From: an uncultured Campylobacterales bacterium
GTDB taxonomy: Bacteria > Campylobacterota > Campylobacteria > Campylobacterales > QNZT01
NCBI GenBank assembly: GCA_964622255.1
Contig: CAZUPK010000012.1
Location: 279-64,278 of the forward strand
Length of the DNA: 64,000 nucleotides
Direction: 5' to 3'
Numbering within the stretch: the first letter of the stretch is position 1; each line of letters begins with the position of its first letter. A program made the translations under genes and the position numbers. Shown piece by piece: positions 21,337 through 29,711 of this stretch. Under the pieces are notes generated by a model. That model saw only the letters and a list, made by a program, of their open reading frames with translations, ran no database searches and was not told the origin of the DNA.

Positions 21337-22431
21337 TTATTCATATCTTGTTGCCTCTAAAAGTGCATACTTAAGTGGTTCTATATTTATCTTTGCAACT
21401 GAAGATATAGGAACTACAAAATATGGTTTTTTTCTATCATAACCACCCTCTAACTCACCTACACTCTGAAAATATCCACCAAACTTTTCATCAAACTTAT
21501 ACTTTTTATCATTATTTTTTTCTAATCCTAAGTGCTTTAAAAAGTTCTTTATTTTTTCATTTGCCTCATCTTCATCTAAACTATCAACTCTAGTTAAAGC
21601 TATGGCAAACTTCCTATCTCCAAGCTTTTTTGAAAAATTGTGCAACTCTTTTTTTAACACATCATACTGCACTTGCAAAGTTCGATAATTTGCCAAATCT
21701 ATCATAAAAAGTAGAAATTTAGTTCTTTCTATATGCCTTAAAAAATCCAATCCAAGCCCTTTTCCACCACTAGCTCCACCAATAATACCCGGAATATCAG
21801 CCATAACAAAAGAATTAAAATCATCAACTTTTACAACTCCAAGTTTTGGAGTAAGAGTTGTAAATTCATAGTTTGCAACTTCCGGAGTTGCATTTGATAT
21901 GATAGAAATAAGTGTTGATTTTCCAACATTTGGAAACCCTACAAGTCCGACATCAGCTATAAGTTTTAACTCTAATCTAACCTTTTTTGTCTCTCCTTGA
22001 AGTCCTGTTTGTGCATAAGTTGGTCTTTGATTTGTTGAGCTTCTAAAATGCCAATTTCCAAGCCCACCTTTTCCACCTTTTAAAAACTTTACTTTTTGTC
22101 CATCTTCTACCAAATCAAATAAAACTTTTCCACTTTCTACATCTGTAACTTGTGTTCCCGGAGGCACAGTTAAAAAAAGACTTTCTCCCTTTTTACCATA
22201 TCTCTTTCTTCCCCCACCGGGACGACCATTTTTTGCTTTTATATGGCTTTTCCCACGATAGTTTGATAAGGTATGAGAATTTTTATCTACAACAAAAAAA
22301 ACATCTCCACCATCTCCACCATCTCCACCATCTGGACCACCTTTTACAACAAACTTTTCCGTTCTAAATGAAACAGCACCTGCTCCACCTCTACCTGAAC
22401 TTAAAAGCAGTTCTACATTATCTATAAACAT
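21337..22431 (-). CDS. obg: GTPase Obg/CgtA
   Basis: Gly-rich Obg fold ([22 protein letters not shown]). G1 motif [15 protein letters not shown]. Confidence 0.9.
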   Translation of the reverse strand: MFIDNVELLLSSGRGGAGAVSFRTEKFVVKGGPDGGDGGDGGDVFFVVDKNSHTLSNYRGKSHIKAKNGRPGGGRKRYGKKGESLFLTVPPGTQVTDVESGKVLFDLVEDGQKVKFLKGGKGGLGNWHFRSSTNQRPTYAQTGLQGETKKVRLELKLIADVGLVGFPNVGKSTLISIISNATPEVANYEFTTLTPKLGVVKVDDFNSFVMADIPGIIGGASGGKGLGLDFLRHIERTKFLLFMIDLANYRTLQVQYDVLKKELHNFSKKLGDRKFAIALTRVDSLDEDEANEKIKNFLKHLGLEKNNDKKYKFDEKFGGYFQSVGELEGGYDRKKPYFVVPISSVAKINIEPLKYALLEATRYE

Positions 22432-22579
22432 TTAATAAAATACCTTTTTGTTTTCATTGTATCAAAAAAAAATTACTTTTTTACTTAACCTGTTACAACT
22501 TTTTAATATGCTATGATTTCTTTGTTATCGTGCCTTGTCTATAAATCAAATCTACAAACAAACTTTGTAAGACTACGAG

Positions 22580-22585
22580 TATAAT
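22580..22585 (+). promoter_or_regulatory. TATAAT -10 box preceding conserved non-coding element copy A
   Basis: gagTATAATacactaa lies 7 nt upstream of the conserved TGAACTACC block. Confidence 0.3.
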
Positions 22586-22589
22586 ACAC

Positions 22590-22664
22590 TAATGAACTAC
22601 CCAATCGCTAAAGACGATTGGGCTCCCTGTTAAGAGTTATTAAACTCAGGCAGTTAGTATTTTC
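22590..22664 (+). ncRNA. candidate small RNA / conserved non-coding element, copy A
   Basis: TGAACTACC (22593-22601). An 8-bp hairpin cccaatcg-ctaaaga-cgattggg (22600-22622). A second hairpin cct..gagtt-atta-aactc-agg (22625-22650), followed by a T-run (22660-22663). Shares a ~35-nt block with 29320-29353. Strand is unproven. Confidence 0.25.
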
Positions 22665-22699
22665 ATTATATATTACTTTAAGATAGATACAATTAATTA

Positions 22700-22708
22700 T
22701 GCTATAAT
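22700..22708 (+). promoter_or_regulatory. extended -10 promoter (TGCTATAAT) for the 4xPilJ-module gene
   Basis: Exact TGnTATAAT, 29 nt upstream of the ATG at 22737. An AAGGTG Shine-Dalgarno lies at 22727-22732. Confidence 0.5.
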
Positions 22709-22736
22709 TATGATAAATCGTAAATCAAGGTGTATT

Positions 22737-24440
22737 ATGAAAAGGATATTGTTTTTACTTTCATTGGTATTATTTTTGAGTGTGGAGCTTTTTGCTGTTT
22801 CTTCCAAAGAGATGGGGATCATCATAAATCTTGCAGGAAAACAAAGGATGCTTACACAAAAGATGTCTAAAGAGGCACTTTTGATAAGAAACAATATAGA
22901 AAAACAAAAAAACAAAGAGCTATTAAAGTCTGATATTGCACTATTTGATAAGACACTAAATGGATTGATAGGTGGTGACCAAGATTTGAAACTTGTAAAA
23001 GTCGATGATGAAAAAGTGCAAACTCAGTTAAAAAAAGTAAAAAAACTTTGGGAACCTATGAAATCTCATTTGATAAAAGTAGCAAATTTAACAGCATCAA
23101 GAACTGATTATAGATATATCTCAAACAATAATATAACACTTTTAAAAAATATGCATCAAGCTGTCTTAGACTTTGTGGATGTTTCTAAAAAGGTATCTAA
23201 AATAAAATCAACACTTGCAGAAGATATAAATATAGCCGGTCGTCAAAGAATGCTTACTCAAAAAATGGCAAAAGATATGCTACAAATCACTTCAAATATA
23301 GATGTATCAAATTCTAAAAAAGATTTGATAAAAACAAAAAAACTATTTGATAGTTCACTAAATGGATTGTTAAACACTTGCAAAATATATACAATAAAGA
23401 GGCAATTAGATATAGTAAAAAAACTCTGGGATAAAACTAAAAAATATGTAAATCCAAAATATGCGATAAATAAAAAGAGTGTAAGAATAATATCATCAGC
23501 ACTCGATAAAGTAAAAGTTGAGATGAATAAGGCTGTTACACTCTATCAAAACTCTGCAAAAAGACAGATACTTAAAAAATCTTTAGCAAATATAGTAAAC
23601 CAATTGATGATACAAAAAAATCTTAAAGGTGTTGTTTTAAATCTATCTGGAAGACAAAGAATGCTCACTCAAAGAATAGCGAAAAATGCTCTCTTGATTG
23701 CTGCTGGTATCGATAAAGAGTTTGCAAAAAAAGATCTTTTATTTAGTATAAATCTTTACAATAAAACACTAAATGGTTTTATAAATGGAGATCCCTCACA
23801 AAGACTTGTAGCAACAAAAGATTTTAAGATAAGAAAATTCTTAGAAAATGTAAAAGCAAACTGGGAACCATTTTACGAAAATGCTATAAAATTTTTAAAA
23901 ACAAAAGATAGAAAAGCACTAAAATACATCATAGTCAATAACGAAAATATGTTAAAACTTTCTCATCATTTGGTTCAAATGTATAAACACTCTACAACCA
24001 GTTCAAATATTTCTAAAGAGATGGCAGAAAAAGTTGACCTTTCAGGAAGACAAAGGATGCTTTCACAAAAAATGTTAAAAGAAAAAATTATGATACTTTA
24101 CAACTTAAACAAAGGTGAAAATGAACAAAAACTTAAAAAGGATATGGATGATTTTGCTACAGTTTTACACGACCTTATGAAAGGTAGTAAAGAAAGAGGC
24201 TGGTCACCCGAACCTATATCTTATATACTAGCTCAACTAAAAATAGTTGATGGTATTTGGAAAAAATTTCAACCTATATTACTAAGTTCAGAATTATCAA
24301 AATCAGATATGGCACAAGTAAATAAACTTGATATGAAACTTCTTTTTGAGATGAATAAAGCTGTAAAGATGTATGAAGAGGCCAGTGATATATATGATAA
24401 AAAATTTGGTAAAAAAAGAACAGATAAAAATTTAGGTTAA
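22737..24440 (+). CDS. secreted protein composed of four tandem PilJ-N / NarX P-box-type sensor modules, no output domain
   Basis: Signal peptide MKRILFLLSLVLFLSVELFA. The motif LAGKQRMLTQKM / IAGRQRMLTQKM / LSGRQRMLTQRI / LSGRQRMLSQKM recurs at ~132-138 aa spacing (nt ~22830, 23232, 23645, 24040). Each copy is followed by F..(T/S)LNG and a conserved Trp helix. There is no later TM helix and no HAMP, MCP or kinase domain. Confidence 0.75.
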   Translation: MKRILFLLSLVLFLSVELFAVSSKEMGIIINLAGKQRMLTQKMSKEALLIRNNIEKQKNKELLKSDIALFDKTLNGLIGGDQDLKLVKVDDEKVQTQLKKVKKLWEPMKSHLIKVANLTASRTDYRYISNNNITLLKNMHQAVLDFVDVSKKVSKIKSTLAEDINIAGRQRMLTQKMAKDMLQITSNIDVSNSKKDLIKTKKLFDSSLNGLLNTCKIYTIKRQLDIVKKLWDKTKKYVNPKYAINKKSVRIISSALDKVKVEMNKAVTLYQNSAKRQILKKSLANIVNQLMIQKNLKGVVLNLSGRQRMLTQRIAKNALLIAAGIDKEFAKKDLLFSINLYNKTLNGFINGDPSQRLVATKDFKIRKFLENVKANWEPFYENAIKFLKTKDRKALKYIIVNNENMLKLSHHLVQMYKHSTTSSNISKEMAEKVDLSGRQRMLSQKMLKEKIMILYNLNKGENEQKLKKDMDDFATVLHDLMKGSKERGWSPEPISYILAQLKIVDGIWKKFQPILLSSELSKSDMAQVNKLDMKLLFEMNKAVKMYEEASDIYDKKFGKKRTDKNLG

Positions 24441-24487
24441 ATAAACTCTATGATACAATATCATATTCTTTTAGGATAGGAGTTTTT

Positions 24488-24889
24488 ATGCCATCAGAGT
24501 TTTTCCCATTGGAAAGTTTAAGGTCATTGATAGCACATCACATCGCTATTTTAGAGAGATATGATGTGCAAAGTGATAAAGAGTTTTCTTTGATTTTTTT
24601 TGACTTTGGGAAATATAAAGAAAATATCGAGATAAAAAAAACTATTCAAACTGTATTTAGAAATTGTGATATCATCTTTGAAATAAACGGCGATTATATC
24701 ATACTCCTTCCAAAAACAAACTGGGAATACTCCTTTAATCTTCTAAAAGAGTTACAAGAGTTCTTAAATAAGGAGGTAAAAGATACCATTGTAACATATC
24801 CAGACGATGGTAAAAATGCCGAAGAAATAGTAGAGGCACTAAAAAAAATAATCCTAGAAAATCATAACATAGAGTTAAAGTTTGAATAA
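24488..24889 (+). CDS. stand-alone degenerate GGDEF-like protein (133 aa) with RxxD I-site
   Basis: TAGGAG Shine-Dalgarno. FSLIFFDFGKYKEN aligns with the DxDxFKxxND region. FRNCDIIFEINGDYIILLP aligns with RxxD-x5-GGDEF-ailLP, so the A-site is NGDYI and RxxD keeps its canonical spacing. Confidence 0.5.
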   Translation: MPSEFFPLESLRSLIAHHIAILERYDVQSDKEFSLIFFDFGKYKENIEIKKTIQTVFRNCDIIFEINGDYIILLPKTNWEYSFNLLKELQEFLNKEVKDTIVTYPDDGKNAEEIVEALKKIILENHNIELKFE

Positions 24890-24892
24890 AAA

Positions 24893-24919
24893 GCCCTCTT
24901 TTAAGTCGGGCAAAAGCCC
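24893..24919. terminator. possible bidirectional terminator between convergent genes
   Basis: gccc-tcttttaagtc-gggc-aaaa-gccc gives alternative GC stems, with T-runs on both strands (aaaaagccc on plus reads gggcttttt on minus). Confidence 0.4.
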
Positions 24920-24937
24920 AACTTTCTTGTAGTTTAA

Positions 24938-25201
24938 CTATCTAAAATCCGAAAATGGATTTTCGATAACTTTCTTTCTATCTGCTACATAAGGGATAAT
25001 AGCTGCCGCTCTAGCTCTTTTTATGGCTCGTTCTACCATAACTTGATGCTTTTTACAGTTACCTGTAAGTCTTCTTGGCATAATCTTATATCTCTCTGAT
25101 AGAGAAAACTTATAAGTTGACGGTTGTTTATAATCTAAAAAATCAACTTTTTGTTCACAATATTTACAGTATTTTTTGCTGTATTTTCTTTTTTCTGCCA
25201 C
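24938..25201 (-). CDS. rpsR: 30S ribosomal protein S18
   Basis: [17 protein letters not shown]...ITGNCKKHQ-like S18 core. Member of the rpsF-ssb-rpsR cluster. Confidence 0.95.
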   Translation of the reverse strand: MAEKRKYSKKYCKYCEQKVDFLDYKQPSTYKFSLSERYKIMPRRLTGNCKKHQVMVERAIKRARAAAIIPYVADRKKVIENPFSDFR

Positions 25202-25224
25202 TTCCTATCCTTTTTATTGTTTTT

Positions 25225-25710
25225 CTAAAATGGTATTTCATCATCTATATCTATTTCAGGTATAGACACTTTCTGTGTCTGAACAGACTCTTGTTGTGGT
25301 TGATTATAACTTTGTTGTGTCTGTGTTGGTTGTTGATAACTGTTTTGTGTAGGCTGAGTAGGATTGTAACTAGCTTCTTGAGTACTCCTACTGCCCATCA
25401 TCTGCATATTTTCAACCACAACACTATGTTTACTTCTTTTGCCACCACTTGGGTCCTCCCAACTATCCAACCTTAGTCTTCCCTCAACTAAAACTTTTGA
25501 ACCCTTTCTTAGGTATTGATTTGCAATTTCTGCTGTTCTACCAAAAAAAGTTATATCGATAAAAAGGGTTTCATCTCTTTGTTCACCATTTGACAACTTA
25601 AATCTTCTGTTTACCGCTATTCCAGTAGTTCCTACCGCTGTTCCACTTTGTAAATACCTAAGTTCTACATCCCTAGTCAAGTTTCCAACTAAAATCACTT
25701 TATTAAACAT
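25225..25710 (-). CDS. ssb: single-stranded DNA-binding protein
   Basis: MFNKVILVGNLTRDVELRY OB fold. Gln/Pro-rich linker. Acidic tip DIDDEIPF. Confidence 0.95.
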   Translation of the reverse strand: MFNKVILVGNLTRDVELRYLQSGTAVGTTGIAVNRRFKLSNGEQRDETLFIDITFFGRTAEIANQYLRKGSKVLVEGRLRLDSWEDPSGGKRSKHSVVVENMQMMGSRSTQEASYNPTQPTQNSYQQPTQTQQSYNQPQQESVQTQKVSIPEIDIDDEIPF

Positions 25711-25718
25711 ATATAACC

Positions 25719-26090
25719 TTACTTCTCTTCTTCTTTAAGTTTAGGCTCTTCTTTAGCACTACCGGCCTTTTTTGCCATTTTTTCCCAGTTAGCTATCTCT
25801 TTTTTATTTTCATACTTGATATTTAAAAATCTAATAACCTCTTCTGTATATCTAAGATTTCTTAAAATCTCTTCTATAACTTTTGGTTCTGCCCTGAAAT
25901 AAATCACATAATAGTGTCCTCTTTGAAACTTCTCTATTTCATAAGCTAGTTTTCTAACTCCCATATCATCTATAGCTGCTATCTCACAACCATTTTTCTC
26001 TAAAATCGACTTTATAAAATCAAACTTTGCCTGATTTTCCTCCTTTGTTAAAGTAGGCTTTAAAACAAACAATAACTCGTAATGTTTCAT
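25719..26090 (-). CDS. rpsF: 30S ribosomal protein S6
   Basis: [12 protein letters not shown]...GVRKLAYEI...GHYYVIYF is the canonical S6 sequence. Confidence 0.95.
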   Translation of the reverse strand: MKHYELLFVLKPTLTKEENQAKFDFIKSILEKNGCEIAAIDDMGVRKLAYEIEKFQRGHYYVIYFRAEPKVIEEILRNLRYTEEVIRFLNIKYENKKEIANWEKMAKKAGSAKEEPKLKEEEK

Positions 26091-26112
26091 TATCTCTCCT
26101 TGTGGTTTTCAA

Positions 26113-26153
26113 GCTCAAAATTTTGAGCAAGGTAATATCTCGGATTTATCCGA
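26113..26153 (-). promoter_or_regulatory. two hairpins in the rpsF 5' leader (possible S6:S18 autoregulatory leader and/or holA terminator)
   Basis: 16-nt perfect palindrome gctcaaaattttgagc (26113-26128) and tcgga-ttta-tccga (26140-26153), 23-65 nt upstream of the rpsF ATG. Confidence 0.3.
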
Positions 26154-26166
26154 AGTTGGAATAATA

Positions 26167-27147
26167 CTATAAAAAAGTTTGAAGTTTTATTAAAGTTGCA
26201 TATAACAAACTATTTTTTTTAAGATTTTTCTCATTTTTTAGTAAAAATTCACACTTTAGTAACTCTTTTAACATCAACTCATATTGCAGGGGAGTTATTT
26301 TGATAGAGAGATTTGCTCTTTCTTTAGCTAAGAAAGGCGGTAAACTATATCCTAAAATCTCCTTTGTATCATAAATCCCATTTGCTTTTATATAAAGATG
26401 AAACTCTAAAAGCATCTCTATATAATTTGTTATAGCATTTATAACTTTTATCTCATCAATACCACCTGCTTCAAGTATAATCTCTAAATCTTTCTTTATA
26501 TCCCCCTTTTTCAAAAGTTTCACTATAAAATCATCTAAAACAACTTCACCTATACCATATATATGCTCTCTTATATCATAAGTTGTAACTTTTTTTTCTA
26601 AAAGTGCCAATTTTTCCAAGTCATTAAAACATAGAGAAAGTTCTTCATTTTGAACAGTTAAAAGCTCTCTTAAAACTGAAGTATCTATATCTAACATAAG
26701 CTCTTTTGCTCTATTTGCTAGTATCGATATGGACTCCCCAATAGTTGGCTTGAAAAATCTAACAAAATCAGCCAACTTTTTTTTACCAAAACTTTTTGTT
26801 AAATCTTTTGCAACTTTATCCTCTCCGATAAATTCAAAGTAAAAAAAACTATTTTGATTTTTATAACAAATATCAACCAACTCATCTAACTCTTTCTTTG
26901 CTATCTTTTTATCACTTTTGATATATAAAAGATTTATATCTCCAAAAAGCGATGGTTGAGAGATGAAGTTTTTAGCTCCACTAAAATCATACTCATCATA
27001 ATAAAAAGATAGTATATTATCCTTTATAGTAATAGTAGGCAATATTTTTTTTATATAGTATGAGGTATAAAACTCTTCCCCATAAAGAAGCAAAGATTTT
27101 GGTAAAGCACTATTTTGTATAAGTATATCTAACTCTTTTTTATACAT
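26167..27147 (-). CDS. holA: DNA polymerase III delta subunit
   Basis: Size, an N-terminal LLLYGEE-type motif (SLLLYGEEFY) and helical C-terminal domains. Position next to rnr as in Campylobacterota. The sequence is weakly conserved. Confidence 0.7.
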   Translation of the reverse strand: MYKKELDILIQNSALPKSLLLYGEEFYTSYYIKKILPTITIKDNILSFYYDEYDFSGAKNFISQPSLFGDINLLYIKSDKKIAKKELDELVDICYKNQNSFFYFEFIGEDKVAKDLTKSFGKKKLADFVRFFKPTIGESISILANRAKELMLDIDTSVLRELLTVQNEELSLCFNDLEKLALLEKKVTTYDIREHIYGIGEVVLDDFIVKLLKKGDIKKDLEIILEAGGIDEIKVINAITNYIEMLLEFHLYIKANGIYDTKEILGYSLPPFLAKERANLSIKITPLQYELMLKELLKCEFLLKNEKNLKKNSLLYATLIKLQTFL

Positions 27148-29086
27148 CTTTATTACTTATAACTCCTATCACTTTTGCACTAGTTATATGGGCTTCTACT
27201 ATCTCAACTTGCACCCTTTCAAAAAGCTCCACATCTTGATCTATCAAAAAGATTCTCATACCTTGTATATTTTCATCAGTAGTTACAGCTATGGGAGTTC
27301 TATCCATATCGGTTATAACAGCTTCTAAAACTACACCAATATTTTCTTTTGCCCATCTTGCATACTTTCTATCCATAAAATCCCAAGCAACTTTTGCGGA
27401 CTCTCTTTCAAGTTCACTCACTCTTTGAGCTATAATCTCAAGCTCACTTATCATAAACCTTAAGTTTCTATCATCTTTATCTTTTGCATAAAGTTTTAAA
27501 AGTCTATGCACCACTAAATCGCTATATCTTCTAATAGGTGAAGTAAAATGTGTATAGCTATCAAATCCCAATCCAAAATGCCCCTTGTTTTCACTCTCAT
27601 ATCTTGCTTGTTGTTGAGCTTTTATGATGAGTTTATCAACTTCGGCTCTTAATCCTTTTTCATCAGCCCTTTTTTGCAAACTTCGTATCATAGAGTAAGT
27701 ATCATCTACCTCATCACTATAGATACCAATAGTTGCCAAAGTATCAAGCATATCATCAAGCTTTGCAAAAGATGGTTTTTCGTGAACTCTAAAAATACCT
27801 CTTTGAAGATCTTTTGAAGCCTCTTTATTTGCCAAAAGCATAGCATCTTCGATAAGTGAATGGGAGGGAGTTTCTACCTCTATCTTTGTTCTTATCAACT
27901 TGCCACTTTCATCAAGCTCCATCCCTATCTCTTGGCTTCTAAACTCACAACCATTTTGAAGTCTCTTTTCTCTCATCTTAAAAAGTAATTTTTTTAGAGG
28001 AAGTAAAAAGTCTAAAATCCTCTCATCAACCTCATCAACTTTATTAAATTCTCCAACTAAAAACTCATCTATCTTATCATAGGTATATCTTCTTTTTGAA
28101 TTTATAAGTGCCTCAAATCTCTGGCTTCTTTTTACTTCCAAACTATCTTCATCAATCCATATCTTATAGACATATGCAAGTCTATCGACATTTGGTTTTA
28201 GGGAGCAAATATTTTCACTAAGCTCTCTTGGGAGCATCGGCACTGCTTTATGAGGAAAGTAGATAGTAAAACCTCTTTTAAATGCCTCTTTATCTATGTT
28301 TGAATTGTATGCAACATAACTACTAACATCTGCTATGGCTACATAGAGTATCTTTTGCTCTTTATCATAGTAGATAGCATCATCAAAGTCTTTTGCATCA
28401 AGAGGATCTATCGTGCAAAAATCAAGACTAGATAAATCCACTCTATCTAGATACATAGACTTATCTACACTATCTCCATAACTTTGTGCCTCTAAGATAG
28501 CCTTTTTAGGAAACTCCTCTTTTTTATCATACAAAGCTAGAGAAATCTTTTCATCAACTTTTGGATCATCTAAAACTCCAAGAACTTCTGTTATGACATC
28601 CGTATAATTATCAACTTTCAACACTGTGCCAATGGGTAGTTTTTTTAAAGCTTTTTGCGAAGATGCTATCACAGTAGGTAGTTGGGTTCTTATATTTATA
28701 CCAACTATTTTATTATTTTGTTTTTTTGTATATACTACAGTCGTGGGATATTCTTTTTGTAAAATTTCTATAACTTTTGCTTTAGGTCGTCCACCCCTGC
28801 TAAAAATCCTTTTTGCTAAAACTATATCGCCTTTTGAAGCACTATTTAAGTCAAACCCCTCTATCAAAAGATCTTTATTTTTCTTTATAGAAAAAGTTTC
28901 TAAGTAACCTGTGCCATTTCTATTTACATCTAAAACACCAAAACGATACCTGCTATCAAGCTTATAAACTTCACCCTTTTTCTTAATAAACTTTCCACGA
29001 ACAAAAAAATCAAAAAGCTCTCTGTTTTTCTTTAAGACATCTTTCTCTTTGATTCCCTCGCTAACTCTTAATAAAAACTCTTTCAA
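27140..29086 (-). CDS. rnr: ribonuclease R (RNB family 3'-5' exoribonuclease)
   Basis: RNB catalytic motifs TIDPLDAKDFDDAIY, HFGLG...YTHFTSPIRRYSDLVVHR. C-terminal S1-like domain. TTG start at 29084-29086. Confidence 0.9.
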   Translation of the reverse strand: MKEFLLRVSEGIKEKDVLKKNRELFDFFVRGKFIKKKGEVYKLDSRYRFGVLDVNRNGTGYLETFSIKKNKDLLIEGFDLNSASKGDIVLAKRIFSRGGRPKAKVIEILQKEYPTTVVYTKKQNNKIVGINIRTQLPTVIASSQKALKKLPIGTVLKVDNYTDVITEVLGVLDDPKVDEKISLALYDKKEEFPKKAILEAQSYGDSVDKSMYLDRVDLSSLDFCTIDPLDAKDFDDAIYYDKEQKILYVAIADVSSYVAYNSNIDKEAFKRGFTIYFPHKAVPMLPRELSENICSLKPNVDRLAYVYKIWIDEDSLEVKRSQRFEALINSKRRYTYDKIDEFLVGEFNKVDEVDERILDFLLPLKKLLFKMREKRLQNGCEFRSQEIGMELDESGKLIRTKIEVETPSHSLIEDAMLLANKEASKDLQRGIFRVHEKPSFAKLDDMLDTLATIGIYSDEVDDTYSMIRSLQKRADEKGLRAEVDKLIIKAQQQARYESENKGHFGLGFDSYTHFTSPIRRYSDLVVHRLLKLYAKDKDDRNLRFMISELEIIAQRVSELERESAKVAWDFMDRKYARWAKENIGVVLEAVITDMDRTPIAVTTDENIQGMRIFLIDQDVELFERVQVEIVEAHITSAKVIGVISNKDV

Positions 29087-29229
29087 TACCCAATCCTAAA
29101 TTTTCCAATATCAAGATAAGGTTTCATATCAAAAATTTTTTCTTCATCATCTTCAAATTTTAACAACAACTTATAATCTTTTAATGCTTTAACATCTATG
29201 ATAGATAAATACATAGTTCTTTCTCCCAT
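29083..29229 (-). pseudogene. DUF2442-family small protein, C-terminally truncated (48 codons)
   Basis: MGERTMYLSIIDVKALKDYKLLLKFEDDEEKIFDMKPYLDIGKFRIGY matches the N-terminal two thirds of DUF2442 proteins (V..V..L.dY.L.L.F.dGe...fD..pYL..G.F). Its stop overlaps the rnr TTG start (aTTGA). Below the ORF-track size cutoff. Confidence 0.45.
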
Positions 29230-29316
29230 ATTTACTCATAATATTCTATATTTGTATTTTGGCAAAAAACTTACAAAATTTTACTAAAATATGTCAAATT
29301 GCAATATTTCATAATC

Positions 29317-29360
29317 AAGTGAACTACCTCTAGCTAAAGAGATAAAAGCTTCCTACTCTT
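29317..29360 (+). ncRNA. candidate small RNA / conserved non-coding element, copy B
   Basis: CATAAT (29310-29315), then 4 nt, then TGAACTACC (29320-29328), GCTAAAGA (29333-29340) and GCTTCC (29348-29353). Same order and near-identical spacing as copy A at 22593-22627. Confidence 0.2.
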
Positions 29361-29711
29361 ACTTTGATGGTATTATAGCAAATATTCAAAAAAATTAGCA
29401 ATATCTTTTTCAATTCATCCAAGTCTTAGAAAACGGGGTTTTCTTTGCAAGGGGTTAATAAAATGTAACATTACTTTTTTCCAAATGGTATAACTTTTGT
29501 CAAAAATTTAAGATGATAAGGATATAATCTTGTAAATTGTTTTTTATCATTCTTTTATTCAAGATAAGTATGATGAAAAGTTTTAAAAATATTTATAGGG
29601 GTTCTTAACGGTATAAAAAATAAGCTTTTTTAAAAAAGTCCCATTAAAGGGTTAAATTTATTTGACAAATTCCCCACACTTCCACCAAAAATAAATAAAG
29701 GTTTTCCCACT

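Noticed and set aside
25117-25476. 119-aa plus-strand ORF spanning the rpsR-ssb junction in antisense
   Set aside because: Overlaps two highly conserved genes. Hydrophobic low-complexity translation, so a shadow ORF.
29320-29353. Resemblance of element copy B (cctct-agctaa-agag-ataaaagc) to a preQ1-I riboswitch hairpin plus A-rich tail
   Set aside because: The stem is only 4 bp and the loop lacks the conserved preQ1-I nucleotides as I recall them. The tail lacks the AAAAAACUA-type 3' block, and no queuosine gene follows it. Copy A does not share the feature.
29301-29405. Three GCAA(A)TAT boxes in the long rnr-NFACT spacer, considered as DnaA boxes or a replication origin
   Set aside because: They do not match the DnaA-box consensus. 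There is no dnaA/dnaN context, and such AT-rich heptamers are expected by chance here.
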